Origin: Candidatus Dormiibacterota bacterium
GTDB lineage: Bacteria; Chloroflexota; Dormibacteria; CF-121
DNA length: 60,937 nt
Reading direction: 5' to 3'
NCBI GenBank assembly: GCA_036513655.1
Contig: DATBYO010000124.1
Location: forward strand, 1-60,937
Shown: positions 52,234-60,937 of the stretch, piece after piece
How the letters are laid out: each line of letters opens with the position of its first letter
Numbering within the stretch: position 1 is the stretch's first letter
Made by a program: the position numbers and the translations under genes
The notes under the pieces: model-generated
What the model saw: only the letters and a program-made list of their open reading frames with translations
Database searches by the model: none
Told to the model about the DNA's origin: nothing

Positions 52234-54323
52234 CAGGCTGACCCTGTCCTTAGCATCTCACGCTGGACGCTGTCGACGATCGCACTTTGCGAGAGATCGA
52301 ACAACCCGTAGTAGCGGCCGCCAAGGCGCTCGGCCAGGTCGCCACAGACGTTGAACGCATAGGCACCGTAGAGACTCGTCACTCGATTGCGGGGATAGCC
52401 CGGCTGGCTGCCAAAGTCCCGGGTGGAGTCGATCACCATTGCTCGAATGCCCTCTTGCTTGATCTGCCCGGCCATTCGCTGGGCCTCGAGGAGCGGCTCT
52501 TCGCCGAAGAGGCTGATGTTCCCTCGCCCATCGCTGATCAGCACTAACAACGGATAGACCTGCGGATCTCGCAACCGCTCCGTCTTGACCAATTTCAACC
52601 CGGTCATCAACCCGTGGGTCAGTGGCGTGGTCCCCCCGATGCTGAGCCGCTCCAAGCGGCGCTCGGCGAGATCCACGCTCGATGTCGGCCGCAACACGAC
52701 GCGGGCGTTGCGCCCGCTGAAGGCGACGAGCGCCACCTTGTCGCGACGGACGTAGGCATGGCGGAGCAGCGACAGAATGGCTCCTTTGGTAGCCAGCATC
52801 CGCTGTTCGGCATCCATCGAGGCGGATGCATCGACCACGAAGACGATCAGGTTCCCGGTCTTTCGCTCCCGAACTTTCTGACGAAGGTCCTGGCTTTCCA
52901 GCTGGAGCTGGTTGGTGGCATCAGGCGCCGTTTGCCGGCGGCTGAGCTGGTAGGGCGCAGCCGCCCGCACGGTCGCATCGAAGGCCACATCGGTGACCTT
53001 CTCCACCTGCGAGCTTCGCACATATCGGCCGCGTTTCGTCTGACTTTTCGTGGAGGTCCGCTTCCCGGCCGCGCGTCGTGCCTGCCGTTCTCGGGGCAGG
53101 TCCAGCTTCTTGACGGCGAAGGTCCGCAGTTGGATGACCGCGTCCGCCTCGGCGTCGACGGTCTCGTTGGTCGGGGACTCACGCGACTCGGAGGTCGTCC
53201 ACCCTTCGTTGGACTCGCCGCCGGACGCGCCTTCCTGCTGCGTCACGTCGGAGCGAACCGCCTTGGTCGTCTCGGTCGGCGAGGCGGCCTGGATCTGCGC
53301 CAGCTGCTCGGCTGCGCGCGACGCGAGCTCCTGCACCTGTACCTGCTTGTCGCTGAACGGCTCCCGCCGACGGTGCGCCAGCGCAAGCTCGAGAGCTTCG
53401 AGCACGTCCGGCAGCTCGACAACTGATCCGCCGCGCAGCGCGCAAATGGCCCGAGCCGTTCGGGCGACCACCAGGTCGGCGCGATGGCCGGCCACCGAAC
53501 CATCAAGGCAGAGCCGAGCGATCAGCGTGCGGATCGGATCCGGGAGCTCGACCGCCGACAGGCGGCGGGTTGCCTCCTGCAGCAGTCCGCGAAGTTGCGC
53601 TTCCCGCTCCGCCCAGACACCGTGAACGGCCAGCGGGTCCTGGAGGAAATCGCGCTCCAACTCCATGACGCGCAGCCGCTGGTCGATGTCGGTCGGCGTG
53701 ACGACGTCGACACATAGCCCAAACCGGTCCAGCAGCTGCGGCCGGAGCTCACCCTCCTCGGGGTTCATGGTGCCGACCAGGATGAAGTGGGAGGGGTGAA
53801 CCACGGACATTCCCTCCCGTTCGACCACGTTGACGCCCATCGCCGCGGCATCGAGCAGGACGTCGACAAGGTGGTCGTCTAACAGGTTGACCTCATCGAC
53901 ATAGAGAAGGTTGCGGTTCGCCTCGGCGAGCACGCCGGGCTGAAACCGCCGGGTCCCGGCGCGGACCGCCGCCTCGATGTCGATCGAGCCGACCAGCCGG
54001 TCTTCGGAGGCGTTGATGGGCAGGTCGACGATCCGCATCGGCAGCCGCGTGACAGGCAGGGCCCCTGCCGTGGCGCGCCGCCGGCAGTCGTCGCAGTATC
54101 GGGAGGGAATCGCCGGGTCGCAGCGGTACGGGCAGCTCTCGACCGCGTCGTAATCCGGCAGTAATCGGGCGAGCGCGCGCACCGCCGATGATTTCGCGGT
54201 GCCGCGGTCGCCGCGGATCAGCACCCCGCCGATGGCTGGATCGACAGCATTGAGCAGGAGCGCCTTCTTCATCTGCTCCTGGCCCACGATGGCGGAGAAC
54301 GGCAGCGTCAATTGGAACGGCAC
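52233..54323 (-). CDS. ChlD/BchD-like subunit: ChlI-like AAA+ module, acidic/polar linker and C-terminal vWA domain
   Basis: The N-terminal roughly 330 aa are highly similar to the neighbouring ChlI-like protein, but the P-loop reads GDRGTAKSS. vWA MIDAS is [14 protein letters not shown] overlap with the chlI-like gene. Confidence 0.8.
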   Translation of the reverse strand: MPFQLTLPFSAIVGQEQMKKALLLNAVDPAIGGVLIRGDRGTAKSSAVRALARLLPDYDAVESCPYRCDPAIPSRYCDDCRRRATAGALPVTRLPMRIVDLPINASEDRLVGSIDIEAAVRAGTRRFQPGVLAEANRNLLYVDEVNLLDDHLVDVLLDAAAMGVNVVEREGMSVVHPSHFILVGTMNPEEGELRPQLLDRFGLCVDVVTPTDIDQRLRVMELERDFLQDPLAVHGVWAEREAQLRGLLQEATRRLSAVELPDPIRTLIARLCLDGSVAGHRADLVVARTARAICALRGGSVVELPDVLEALELALAHRRREPFSDKQVQVQELASRAAEQLAQIQAASPTETTKAVRSDVTQQEGASGGESNEGWTTSESRESPTNETVDAEADAVIQLRTFAVKKLDLPRERQARRAAGKRTSTKSQTKRGRYVRSSQVEKVTDVAFDATVRAAAPYQLSRRQTAPDATNQLQLESQDLRQKVRERKTGNLIVFVVDASASMDAEQRMLATKGAILSLLRHAYVRRDKVALVAFSGRNARVVLRPTSSVDLAERRLERLSIGGTTPLTHGLMTGLKLVKTERLRDPQVYPLLVLISDGRGNISLFGEEPLLEAQRMAGQIKQEGIRAMVIDSTRDFGSQPGYPRNRVTSLYGAYAFNVCGDLAERLGGRYYGLFDLSQSAIVDSVQREMLRTGSA

Positions 54324-54387
54324 GGTTAGATACTAGCCAGCGGCCGCTTGATGAAAACCTCCCGCTTGGCGATGCGGGTTAGGGGAG

Positions 54388-55536
54388 CTACAGATCGAGT
54401 TCTTTGGCGATGATCTCGCGCATGATTTCGTTGGTGCCTGCGCCGATCGGGCCGAGCCGTGCGTCGCGCCAGGCGCGCTGGATCGGGTACTCCATCATGT
54501 AGCCGTAGCCGCCGTGGATCTGGAGCGCCCGGTCGGCGACCTTCACGTCGGCTTCGGTCGCGGCGATCTTCGCCATGGAGACTTCCTTCGTGCACGCTAG
54601 CTTCTGTGAATGGAGCCAGAGCGCGTAGTAGGTCAGCTGGCGCGCCTGCTCGATCATCAGCGCCATGTCGGCGATCTCATGCCGGATCACCTGCATCGAG
54701 GTCAGCGTCTTTCCAAACTGGGTACGGTTGGCGGCGTAGTCGACCGCAAGCTCCAGGCTCCGCTGCGCCGACGCCACCGCTGAAATGGCGATCCAGAGCC
54801 GCTCCCATTGAAAGTTCCCCACGGCCTGGTAAAAGCCCCCGTTCTCGTCGCCGAGTCGGTTCTCAACCGGCACGCGGCAGTCCTGGAACACCAACTCCGC
54901 GGTGTCCGACGCGCGCCAGCCCAACTTGTCCAACTTGCGTCCGACGCTGTAGCCGGGCGTCCCTCGTTCGACGACCAGGACTGACAACCCCTGATGGCCG
55001 CCCTCCGGCTTCGTCCGCACCAGGATGACGACCAGGTCGGCGTTGACGCCGTTGGTGATGAACATCTTGGTGCCGCTGACGATGTAGGCGTCACCATCGC
55101 GACGAGCGATGGTCTGGACGTGCGCGATGTCCGAGCCGCCCGACGGCTCCGTCACACCGAGCGCGACGATCTTCTCGCCCTTGATGGCGGGAGGCAACCA
55201 GCGCTCGCGCTGCGCGTCGTTGCCGAACTCATTGATCGGCGGTGTGGCAATCGCGACATGAGCGCCAATCCCCGCAGCCACTCCTCCGGAGCCACAGCGG
55301 GCGAGCTCCTCGAAGAGGATGGCCTCGTAAATGACACCGGCATTCGTCCCCCCGTATTCCTCGGGGTACTTCAGTCCGAGCAGGTCGAGCGCGGCGAAGC
55401 GAGCGAAGAGCTCCCGCGGAAACTGCTGCGCCGCCTCCCACGCGTCGACGTGAGGGCGGACCTCGTTCTCGATGAAGCGGCGGACGGTGCCCCTGAACTC
55501 CTCGTGCTCCGGCGCGAAGAGGTGCGAACGGGGCAC
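54388..55536 (-). CDS. Acyl-CoA dehydrogenase
   Basis: GVTEPSGGSD, a catalytic-base region (GGYGYMMEYP) and ARLGPIGAGTNEI; 382 aa. Confidence 0.9.
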   Translation of the reverse strand: MPRSHLFAPEHEEFRGTVRRFIENEVRPHVDAWEAAQQFPRELFARFAALDLLGLKYPEEYGGTNAGVIYEAILFEELARCGSGGVAAGIGAHVAIATPPINEFGNDAQRERWLPPAIKGEKIVALGVTEPSGGSDIAHVQTIARRDGDAYIVSGTKMFITNGVNADLVVILVRTKPEGGHQGLSVLVVERGTPGYSVGRKLDKLGWRASDTAELVFQDCRVPVENRLGDENGGFYQAVGNFQWERLWIAISAVASAQRSLELAVDYAANRTQFGKTLTSMQVIRHEIADMALMIEQARQLTYYALWLHSQKLACTKEVSMAKIAATEADVKVADRALQIHGGYGYMMEYPIQRAWRDARLGPIGAGTNEIMREIIAKELDL

Positions 55537-55538
55537 GC

Positions 55539-56012
55539 TTACGTTTGCCAGTAGTTGATGAACTCCGGGTATTCGGCGACCGCCGCCGTTGCCACCTCGT
55601 CCGGTAGCCGCACGAACATGCCGCGCGCCTCGGCGAGTACCGTGCCGTCCATCAACTCCACCGCGCCGATCGTATCGATGGCACCATCCCGCTCACGGGC
55701 CACTTCCCCCCAGACCCGGAGCGGCTGGTCGATGGGGGCGGGGCGTCGATAGCGGATATCGAGCTTGCCCGTGACCAACCATTCCTTGCGGAGCGCACCG
55801 GTACGGCTCATCGTTTCATCGAGCATCGTCGCCAGGATCCCGCCGTGCAGGACGCCAGGGAATCCCTGGAAGCGCTGAGCCGGCTTGTAGTCGGCGACGA
55901 TGCGGTCGCCGTCTCGCCGGAAGGTCAATTTCAGACCGGACTCGTTGCGATGGCCGCAGGCGAAGCACCGCTGGTATGTTGTTTCATCATTGAGTTTGTC
56001 GGGGTCTTGCAC
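55539..56012 (-). CDS. PaaI/4HBT-type hotdog-fold thioesterase
   Basis: CFACG..N..GL and the GVLHGGILATMLDE motif. Confidence 0.75.
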   Translation of the reverse strand: MQDPDKLNDETTYQRCFACGHRNESGLKLTFRRDGDRIVADYKPAQRFQGFPGVLHGGILATMLDETMSRTGALRKEWLVTGKLDIRYRRPAPIDQPLRVWGEVARERDGAIDTIGAVELMDGTVLAEARGMFVRLPDEVATAAVAEYPEFINYWQT

Positions 56013-56056
56013 GGCCGCCGACCAGTTTATCAGCCGATCTGGAGGGAGCCCGAGCA

Positions 56057-57208
56057 GTGAACCGGCGGTCTGAAGCGATTGCGCAACTCCTGGAGACCGC
56101 GCTCTCGGAACGCTTCGCCACGCCCGTCATCGAGTTGCTGCAGGCCATGCCGATCCCCGTTGCCGTGATTGAGGCTGGGGATCTTCGCGCCCTCGCGGTC
56201 AATGAATCTATGGCCGGGGTGTTGCACCGTCCCGACCCGGCGGGCCTCACCCTCTCCGCCATCCTCCCTCCAGCTCATCCCCTTTCGGACCCTCGGCCGT
56301 TCCACTCGGTGGCCACCAGCGGCGAGCCCTTTGCCAGCATCGTGGTCATCGATGGCCAGACCTGGGAGTGGTTCATCCGCCCGCTCAAGGGACCGGGCCG
56401 GGCGGTCGAGCACTTCGTGACCGGTCTGGTCGCGAGCCCGGCGGCGCCACTTGACCTCGACGTCGCCCGGCTTCGCGACATGAATGCCGCCAAGACCGAG
56501 TTCTTGAACATGGCGGCGCACGAATTGCGAACCCCGTTGAGCGTAATCCTCGGCTACGGCTCCCTACTGGCCCAGGGTGGGCTGAGTGAGGAACACCAGA
56601 AGCTGGCCGGTGCACGAATTTACGAGAAGACGCGGCAGCTCAGCCGACTGATCATGGACATGAGCCTGGTCGGCCGCTTCGACGAGCTGGGATCGTCGAT
56701 GACGCGCCAGGCGATCGACCTGGTCGGCCTCCTCGAGGACATCCTCAAAGACCAGCAGCGGCGCTTCGCCGACCTGGCCATCGAATTCGAGTTCGAGGCG
56801 CTCAGGGCGCCGGTCCGGGGGAACGGGTACTGGCTCAGGCTGGCGATCCGCGAACTGCTGGACAATGCCGTCCGCTTCCGGCCCGGCCCCACAGGACGGA
56901 TCGACGTCAGCCTCTCCGAGGTTGACGGCAACTGGCGGATCAGCGTGCTCGATGACGGTTTCGGGATCGAGCCGCAGAACCAGGGGCAGCTCTTCAAGCG
57001 ATTCGCGCGCATCGAGACCGATGCCAACCGCCACCTGGTCGGTATGGGGATCGGCCTTTACATCGTCCAGGAGGTCGCCCGCGCCCATGGCGGCCGGGTG
57101 CTGGTGGATAGCCGCCCGGGGGTCGGAAGTGAATTCATGCTCGAATTGCCTTCGGGCGACAAGGTGATAGCCGACCTGAGTGACAACCCGAAAGGCCGCG
57201 ATCTATAG
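56057..57208 (+). CDS. Cytoplasmic sensor histidine kinase (PAS-like + HisKA + HATPase)
   Basis: H-box AAHELRTPLSVILGY, NAVRF, DDGFGI, GMGIGLYIV; no cognate regulator adjacent. Confidence 0.85.
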   Translation: MNRRSEAIAQLLETALSERFATPVIELLQAMPIPVAVIEAGDLRALAVNESMAGVLHRPDPAGLTLSAILPPAHPLSDPRPFHSVATSGEPFASIVVIDGQTWEWFIRPLKGPGRAVEHFVTGLVASPAAPLDLDVARLRDMNAAKTEFLNMAAHELRTPLSVILGYGSLLAQGGLSEEHQKLAGARIYEKTRQLSRLIMDMSLVGRFDELGSSMTRQAIDLVGLLEDILKDQQRRFADLAIEFEFEALRAPVRGNGYWLRLAIRELLDNAVRFRPGPTGRIDVSLSEVDGNWRISVLDDGFGIEPQNQGQLFKRFARIETDANRHLVGMGIGLYIVQEVARAHGGRVLVDSRPGVGSEFMLELPSGDKVIADLSDNPKGRDL

Positions 57209-57234
57209 TTGAGGCGTCCTTTAGGACGTCCCCC

Positions 57235-57858
57235 ATGCTGAAAGTGCTCGTGTTGGTGGCCTTCGGCTATTTGCTCGGTTCCGTTCCTTCCGGCTGGCTT
57301 GTGATGAAGGTCTATCGCAACCAGGACGTCCGCAAGCTGGGCAGCGGCAACATCGGGGCGGCCAACGTACTCCGCGCGGGCGGTCCGGGCGCCTTTGCGA
57401 CGACGCTGATCGCCGACGGGCTGAAGGGCTTCATCCCGGTCATGATCGGCATCGCTCTTGGCCTGGGTGACAACGAGATCGCCCTGGCGGCGATCGGACT
57501 GGCGGCCGTGATCGGGCACAACTGGCCCCTGTACCTGCGCTTCAAGGGCGGGAAGGGCGTCGCGACGTCGGGCGGCGTGCTGCTGGCACTCGCCCCGGTG
57601 GCGCTCGTCCTCGCCTTGCTGACCTGGTTCCTGATCATCCGCCTCACCAAGGTGGCGTCGGTCGCGTCATTGAGCGCGGTCGCCGTCGGCTTCGTCAGCT
57701 TGATCGTGCTCCACCTTATCGGCTGGCAGGCGTGGCGCCCGGTGGGCTGGCCGGTGATCATCCTCGGGGTCACTCTCGCCGCCCTGGTCCTTATCCGGCA
57801 CCGGACCAACATCGAGCGGCTCGCCAGCGGCCGAGAGCTGAAGATCACGACGCACTGA
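57235..57858 (+). CDS. plsY: Glycerol-3-phosphate acyltransferase PlsY
   Basis: GSGNIGAANV, GHNWPL and FKGGKGVATS motifs. Confidence 0.9.
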   Translation: MLKVLVLVAFGYLLGSVPSGWLVMKVYRNQDVRKLGSGNIGAANVLRAGGPGAFATTLIADGLKGFIPVMIGIALGLGDNEIALAAIGLAAVIGHNWPLYLRFKGGKGVATSGGVLLALAPVALVLALLTWFLIIRLTKVASVASLSAVAVGFVSLIVLHLIGWQAWRPVGWPVIILGVTLAALVLIRHRTNIERLASGRELKITTH

Positions 57859-58928
57859 TGCCGGAGCGACCAGCAGCGGCGCCGCCCCTACGGTTCCTAT
57901 TCTTTGGCGCCGGCGCGGTCGGCTCCTTGCTCGGCGCCCGCCTGGCACAGACCGGCAGCGAGGTCACGCTGGTGGGACGGCCGCCTCACGTCGAGGCGGT
58001 CGCCCGCGACGGGGTGCGAATGGTCCTGGCCGGCAAGGTCAGCAGCCAATCGGTCAGGGCAGCGCGGCCGAGCATCGCGGAGGCGGGCGGTCCCTTCGAT
58101 TACGTATTTCTCACGGTCAAGAGCTATGACACGCTCGACGCGATCGAGCAGCTTCAACCCGTGCTGCGGCCCGGGACGATCCTCGGCAGTTTTCAGAATG
58201 GCGTCGGCAACGAGGAAGCGATCGCGCTGGCATTGCCTGAGCAGGCCCTGGTTGCCGGCAGCCTTATGGTGCCCGTCAGCCTGGACGAGCCCGGGACCAT
58301 CCAATTGCACTCGCGGCGCGGCGGGTTGGCGCTCGCTCCTGTTTCACCTGAAGTCAATGTCGCCCCGCTGGTGCGCAAGCTGCGCGACGCCGGCTTCAAA
58401 GCTCGCCGCTACACGGACTTTCGCGCGATGAAATGGTCGAAGCTGCTGTTCAACATCCTCGGCAATGCGCAGAGCGCCATCCTCGACCTGCCCCCGAGTC
58501 ACGTCTTCGCCGACAGCGAGCTGTTCCGCTACGAGCGGGCCGCCTTTCGGGAGGCCACCGCCGTCATGAGCCGGATGCGGCTGGCCGTCGTCTCACTTCC
58601 GGGCTTGCCAGCGGCCAGCTTGCGGCGGGCCATGAGCTTGCCACCGCTGCTCGCCCAGATGCTGCTGGAGCCCCGGCTGGGCGGCGCCCGGGGCAACAAG
58701 ATGCCGTCCCTGTGGTGGGACCTGAGCCGCGGCAAGGGCAGGACGGAGGCCGCCTATCTCAACGGCGCCGTCGTCGATGCCGGCCGTCGCTACGACGTGC
58801 CGACGCCGGTCAACTCCGTGCTCTGGGCCATCGTCGAGAAGTCGACGAAGCTTCCGTCGGAGTGGGAGCGCTATCGCCGGCAACCCGACCGGCTGAAAGC
58901 GCTCCTTCGAACGGCGTCAAAGCTCTAG
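57858..58928 (+). CDS. 2-dehydropantoate 2-reductase (ApbA/PanE family)
   Basis: ORF 57732 trimmed to ATG 57858 (TGATG junction with plsY); Rossmann motif FFGAGAVGS; C-terminal ApbA_C-like region. Confidence 0.7.
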   Translation: MPERPAAAPPLRFLFFGAGAVGSLLGARLAQTGSEVTLVGRPPHVEAVARDGVRMVLAGKVSSQSVRAARPSIAEAGGPFDYVFLTVKSYDTLDAIEQLQPVLRPGTILGSFQNGVGNEEAIALALPEQALVAGSLMVPVSLDEPGTIQLHSRRGGLALAPVSPEVNVAPLVRKLRDAGFKARRYTDFRAMKWSKLLFNILGNAQSAILDLPPSHVFADSELFRYERAAFREATAVMSRMRLAVVSLPGLPAASLRRAMSLPPLLAQMLLEPRLGGARGNKMPSLWWDLSRGKGRTEAAYLNGAVVDAGRRYDVPTPVNSVLWAIVEKSTKLPSEWERYRRQPDRLKALLRTASKL

Positions 58929-58941
58929 CGTCGGATCGGGT

Positions 58942-60408
58942 CTAGGTTCGCGCCGGCGTTCGCGCACCGGACGACTGCCGCCCCACCTGGTAGAGAACCA
59001 GATAAACGATCGTAGCCACAATCGCTCCGGCAAAGAAGCTGAGGTCGCCGAATTGCGGGTAGTTCTTGGGAACCCAGCCGAGCGGGATGGGATCGGCCTG
59101 GTCCCAGAACGGATAGGTGGCGATGATCCCGGCAAGCATGGCAACAAACCCTTTCCAGTTGGCCCAGCCCGTGTCGTAGAAGACCTGTTCCGGGTAGCGG
59201 CCGCGGTGCAGGACGAAGTCGGTGATGACCACGGCCAGCCAGGGCGTGATCCAGTAGGTGATCAGCAGCAGGAAGTTCTCGTACTTGGTCCCCGGCCCAA
59301 CGTTCGCCTGAAGCGCAAGTCCGATCACCAGTCCGATCACGCCGAAGACCAGGGCGGAGATCGCCCGCCGCCACTGGACCGCCAGGTTGATGCCCAGCGT
59401 AAGGAACGCCATCGATCCGGAGTAGATGTTCAGCACGTTGGCAGCGACCGCTCCGAGGGCGATGCCGAGCAGGACCAGAACCTGGAGCCAGACCGGAAGC
59501 GGATTGGTGAACTGCTCGGTAGGATTGGCGCCCAACTTCGAGATAGTGGCAGCAGCCGCGCCAGCGATCTCGAGCACGGTGCAGGAAACGAAGACACCCA
59601 GGCCTGCCGCCAGCGCGACACTTCTCGGGTTGGAGCTCCTGGGCAGGTAGCGGCTGTAGTCGGAGGCGAACGGGTTCCACCCGATCGCGTAGCCGAACGA
59701 GATGAAGACCGCCAGAATGAAGGCGCCGGACGCACCGCCAAACGGCACCGGTGCGCTCCCATTGAACCCGACTCCAGGGTTGGCCTTTAGCAGGATGATG
59801 ATGGTGGCGAGCCCGAAGACGGCGGTCAGGTAGGGGAAGATGATCCGCTCGAACTGGTGGATCATGTTGTGGCCGATGAAGGCGATCAGGACCTGAGCAA
59901 CGACGACGACGACGAAGGCCACCCGGAAATCGAGTGAGGCACTGTGGTTGCTCACGACCCCAACCAAGGTAACGAGGGCGAACGTGCCACTCACGCTGTT
60001 GACGATGAACCAGCCGAAGCTCGCGGTCAGCCAGCTCAGCCCCGCTGGTAGGAAGTTCCCGCGGAAACCGAAAGCAGCCCGACCTTCTACCATCTGCGGG
60101 ACACCGAAGCGTGGGCCCATGGTGGAGAGGATGGCGTGCGTGATCGAGCCCATCAGGCTGCCCAGCGTGACCCCGAACACCGTCGGCCAAAAGCCGCCGC
60201 CAAACACGGCGATCGGAAGGACGCCGACGAACACGGTCGCGAACTCCATGTTGGGCGACATCCAGGTCCAGAACAGCCGAATCGGACTGCCGTGCCGCTC
60301 ACGGTCCGAGATGTACTCGATGCCACCCGGCTCGACGGCCGTGACCTTCGAACCGTATTCCCCCTCGCGAACGGGTACGTGCGCGTCTATGTCAGTGGTT
60401 GTCGCCAC
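58942..60408 (-). CDS. codB: NCS1-family purine/cytosine permease
   Basis: About 12 helices, a CodB-like N-terminal region (ERHGSPIRLFWTWMSPNM); divergent from cytosine deaminase. Confidence 0.7.
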   Translation of the reverse strand: MATTTDIDAHVPVREGEYGSKVTAVEPGGIEYISDRERHGSPIRLFWTWMSPNMEFATVFVGVLPIAVFGGGFWPTVFGVTLGSLMGSITHAILSTMGPRFGVPQMVEGRAAFGFRGNFLPAGLSWLTASFGWFIVNSVSGTFALVTLVGVVSNHSASLDFRVAFVVVVVAQVLIAFIGHNMIHQFERIIFPYLTAVFGLATIIILLKANPGVGFNGSAPVPFGGASGAFILAVFISFGYAIGWNPFASDYSRYLPRSSNPRSVALAAGLGVFVSCTVLEIAGAAAATISKLGANPTEQFTNPLPVWLQVLVLLGIALGAVAANVLNIYSGSMAFLTLGINLAVQWRRAISALVFGVIGLVIGLALQANVGPGTKYENFLLLITYWITPWLAVVITDFVLHRGRYPEQVFYDTGWANWKGFVAMLAGIIATYPFWDQADPIPLGWVPKNYPQFGDLSFFAGAIVATIVYLVLYQVGRQSSGARTPART

Positions 60409-60505
60409 AGTCTCTCCCCATTCCCCACTTCACTGATTGCCGGCTTCGAGCGAATTCTAGGTCGTCGACCACCCCGTGTCCAGCGCGTCGTTTTACACTT
60501 CCAAC

Positions 60506-60937
60506 GTGCTCGATCTGCTGATCAACAACGCCCGGCTGCCTCGATCGGCCTCGCTCGTTTCGGTGGCGATCGAGGGCGGACGGATCGCGATGCCCCTTGC
60601 CCCCGGAACGGCGCCCCCGGCCAACGTGATCGACGCCAAAGGCGGCCTGCTCACCCCAGCGCTCGTCGAGCCACACATCCATCTCGATGCCGTGCTCACG
60701 GTCGGCCAGCCGCGGCAGAATCTCAGCGGCTCGCTCTTCGAGGGCATCGCGATCTGGGGCGAGCGAGTCAAGGACCTGACCGCTGACGACGTCAAGCGCC
60801 GGGTCGGCCAGGTACTGCGATGGCAGGTCGCCAACGGCGTGCTGTTCGTGCGCAGCCACGTCGACGTCTGCGATCCGGAGCTGCGGGCTGTCCGGGCGCT
60901 TCTCGAGCTCCGCGAGGAGATCGGCGACCAGATGGTG
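60506..60937 (+). CDS. codA: Cytosine deaminase (amidohydrolase), 5' part only; runs off the right edge
   Basis: My own translation from GTG 60506: VLDLLINNARLP..LVEPHIHLDAVL..SHVDV. It is not in the track because there is no stop in the window. Confidence 0.75.
   Translation, partial: MLDLLINNARLPRSASLVSVAIEGGRIAMPLAPGTAPPANVIDAKGGLLTPALVEPHIHLDAVLTVGQPRQNLSGSLFEGIAIWGERVKDLTADDVKRRVGQVLRWQVANGVLFVRSHVDVCDPELRAVRALLELREEIGDQMV

Noticed and set aside
51202-54323. Interpreting the ChlI/ChlD pair as evidence of a photosynthesis gene cluster
   Set aside because: No bchH, bchL/N/B, reaction-centre or other pigment genes are in the window. ChlI/ChlD-type proteins also serve cobalt chelatases and other functions, so the phototrophy inference is not supported here.
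58925-60190. 421-aa minus-strand ORF
   Set aside because: It is an alternative frame of the NCS1 permease gene. The 58942-60408 frame yields regular transmembrane helices.

Overview
GC-rich bacterial chromosomal window with strong G/C third-position bias and many 4-nt ATGA/GTGA start-stop overlaps. I found no rRNA, tRNA, CRISPR, transposase or integrase. Gene content suggests a monoderm, Terrabacteria-like lineage (sortase, HrcA/CIRCE, secretin-less type IV pilus cluster), but taxonomy cannot be assigned from this sequence alone. 1-18.5 kb: rsmE-mtaB-HIT, then a type IV pilus locus. It holds pilT, a small HTH gene, pilB, pilC, three minor-pilin-like genes, pilM, a 48-aa PilN-like stub, two tandem pilA paralogues and a divergent gene encoding only the PilD N-terminal domain. 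Four c-di-GMP turnover or sensor genes bracket the locus. 18.6-30 kb: phosphofructokinase, nth, hybrid kinase plus REC, sortase, cupin, an orphan CpaF-like ATPase, pdxH and a mutarotase. 30.0-38.7 kb is a same-strand block and holds the most unusual system here. It encodes a USP-USP-Zn-ribbon-6xPCP_red protein, an ABC-2 transporter, and a Rieske/cytochrome b module flanked by two Q-loop-less CydA-like genes, with no cytochrome c and no CydB. 38.8-61 kb: a ferredoxin/MarP-like protease operon, then hrcA-grpE-dnaJ (no dnaK) with CIRCE. Next is a DsbA/FrnE-like gene with an in-frame TGA at the first Cys of CxxC plus a SECIS-like hairpin (candidate selenoprotein). These are followed by an ArsR/MFS pair, an aldo-keto reductase, lepA-hemW, a ChlD-like/ChlI-like AAA+ pair, acyl-CoA dehydrogenase, thioesterase, a kinase, plsY, a panE-like gene and codB/codA. 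A roughly 35-nt C-rich/G-rich hairpin repeat that also matches the G-quadruplex consensus occurs at least five times in spacers. All domain calls come from motif recognition by eye and no database search was run. Most long antisense ORFs in the track are GC artefacts.
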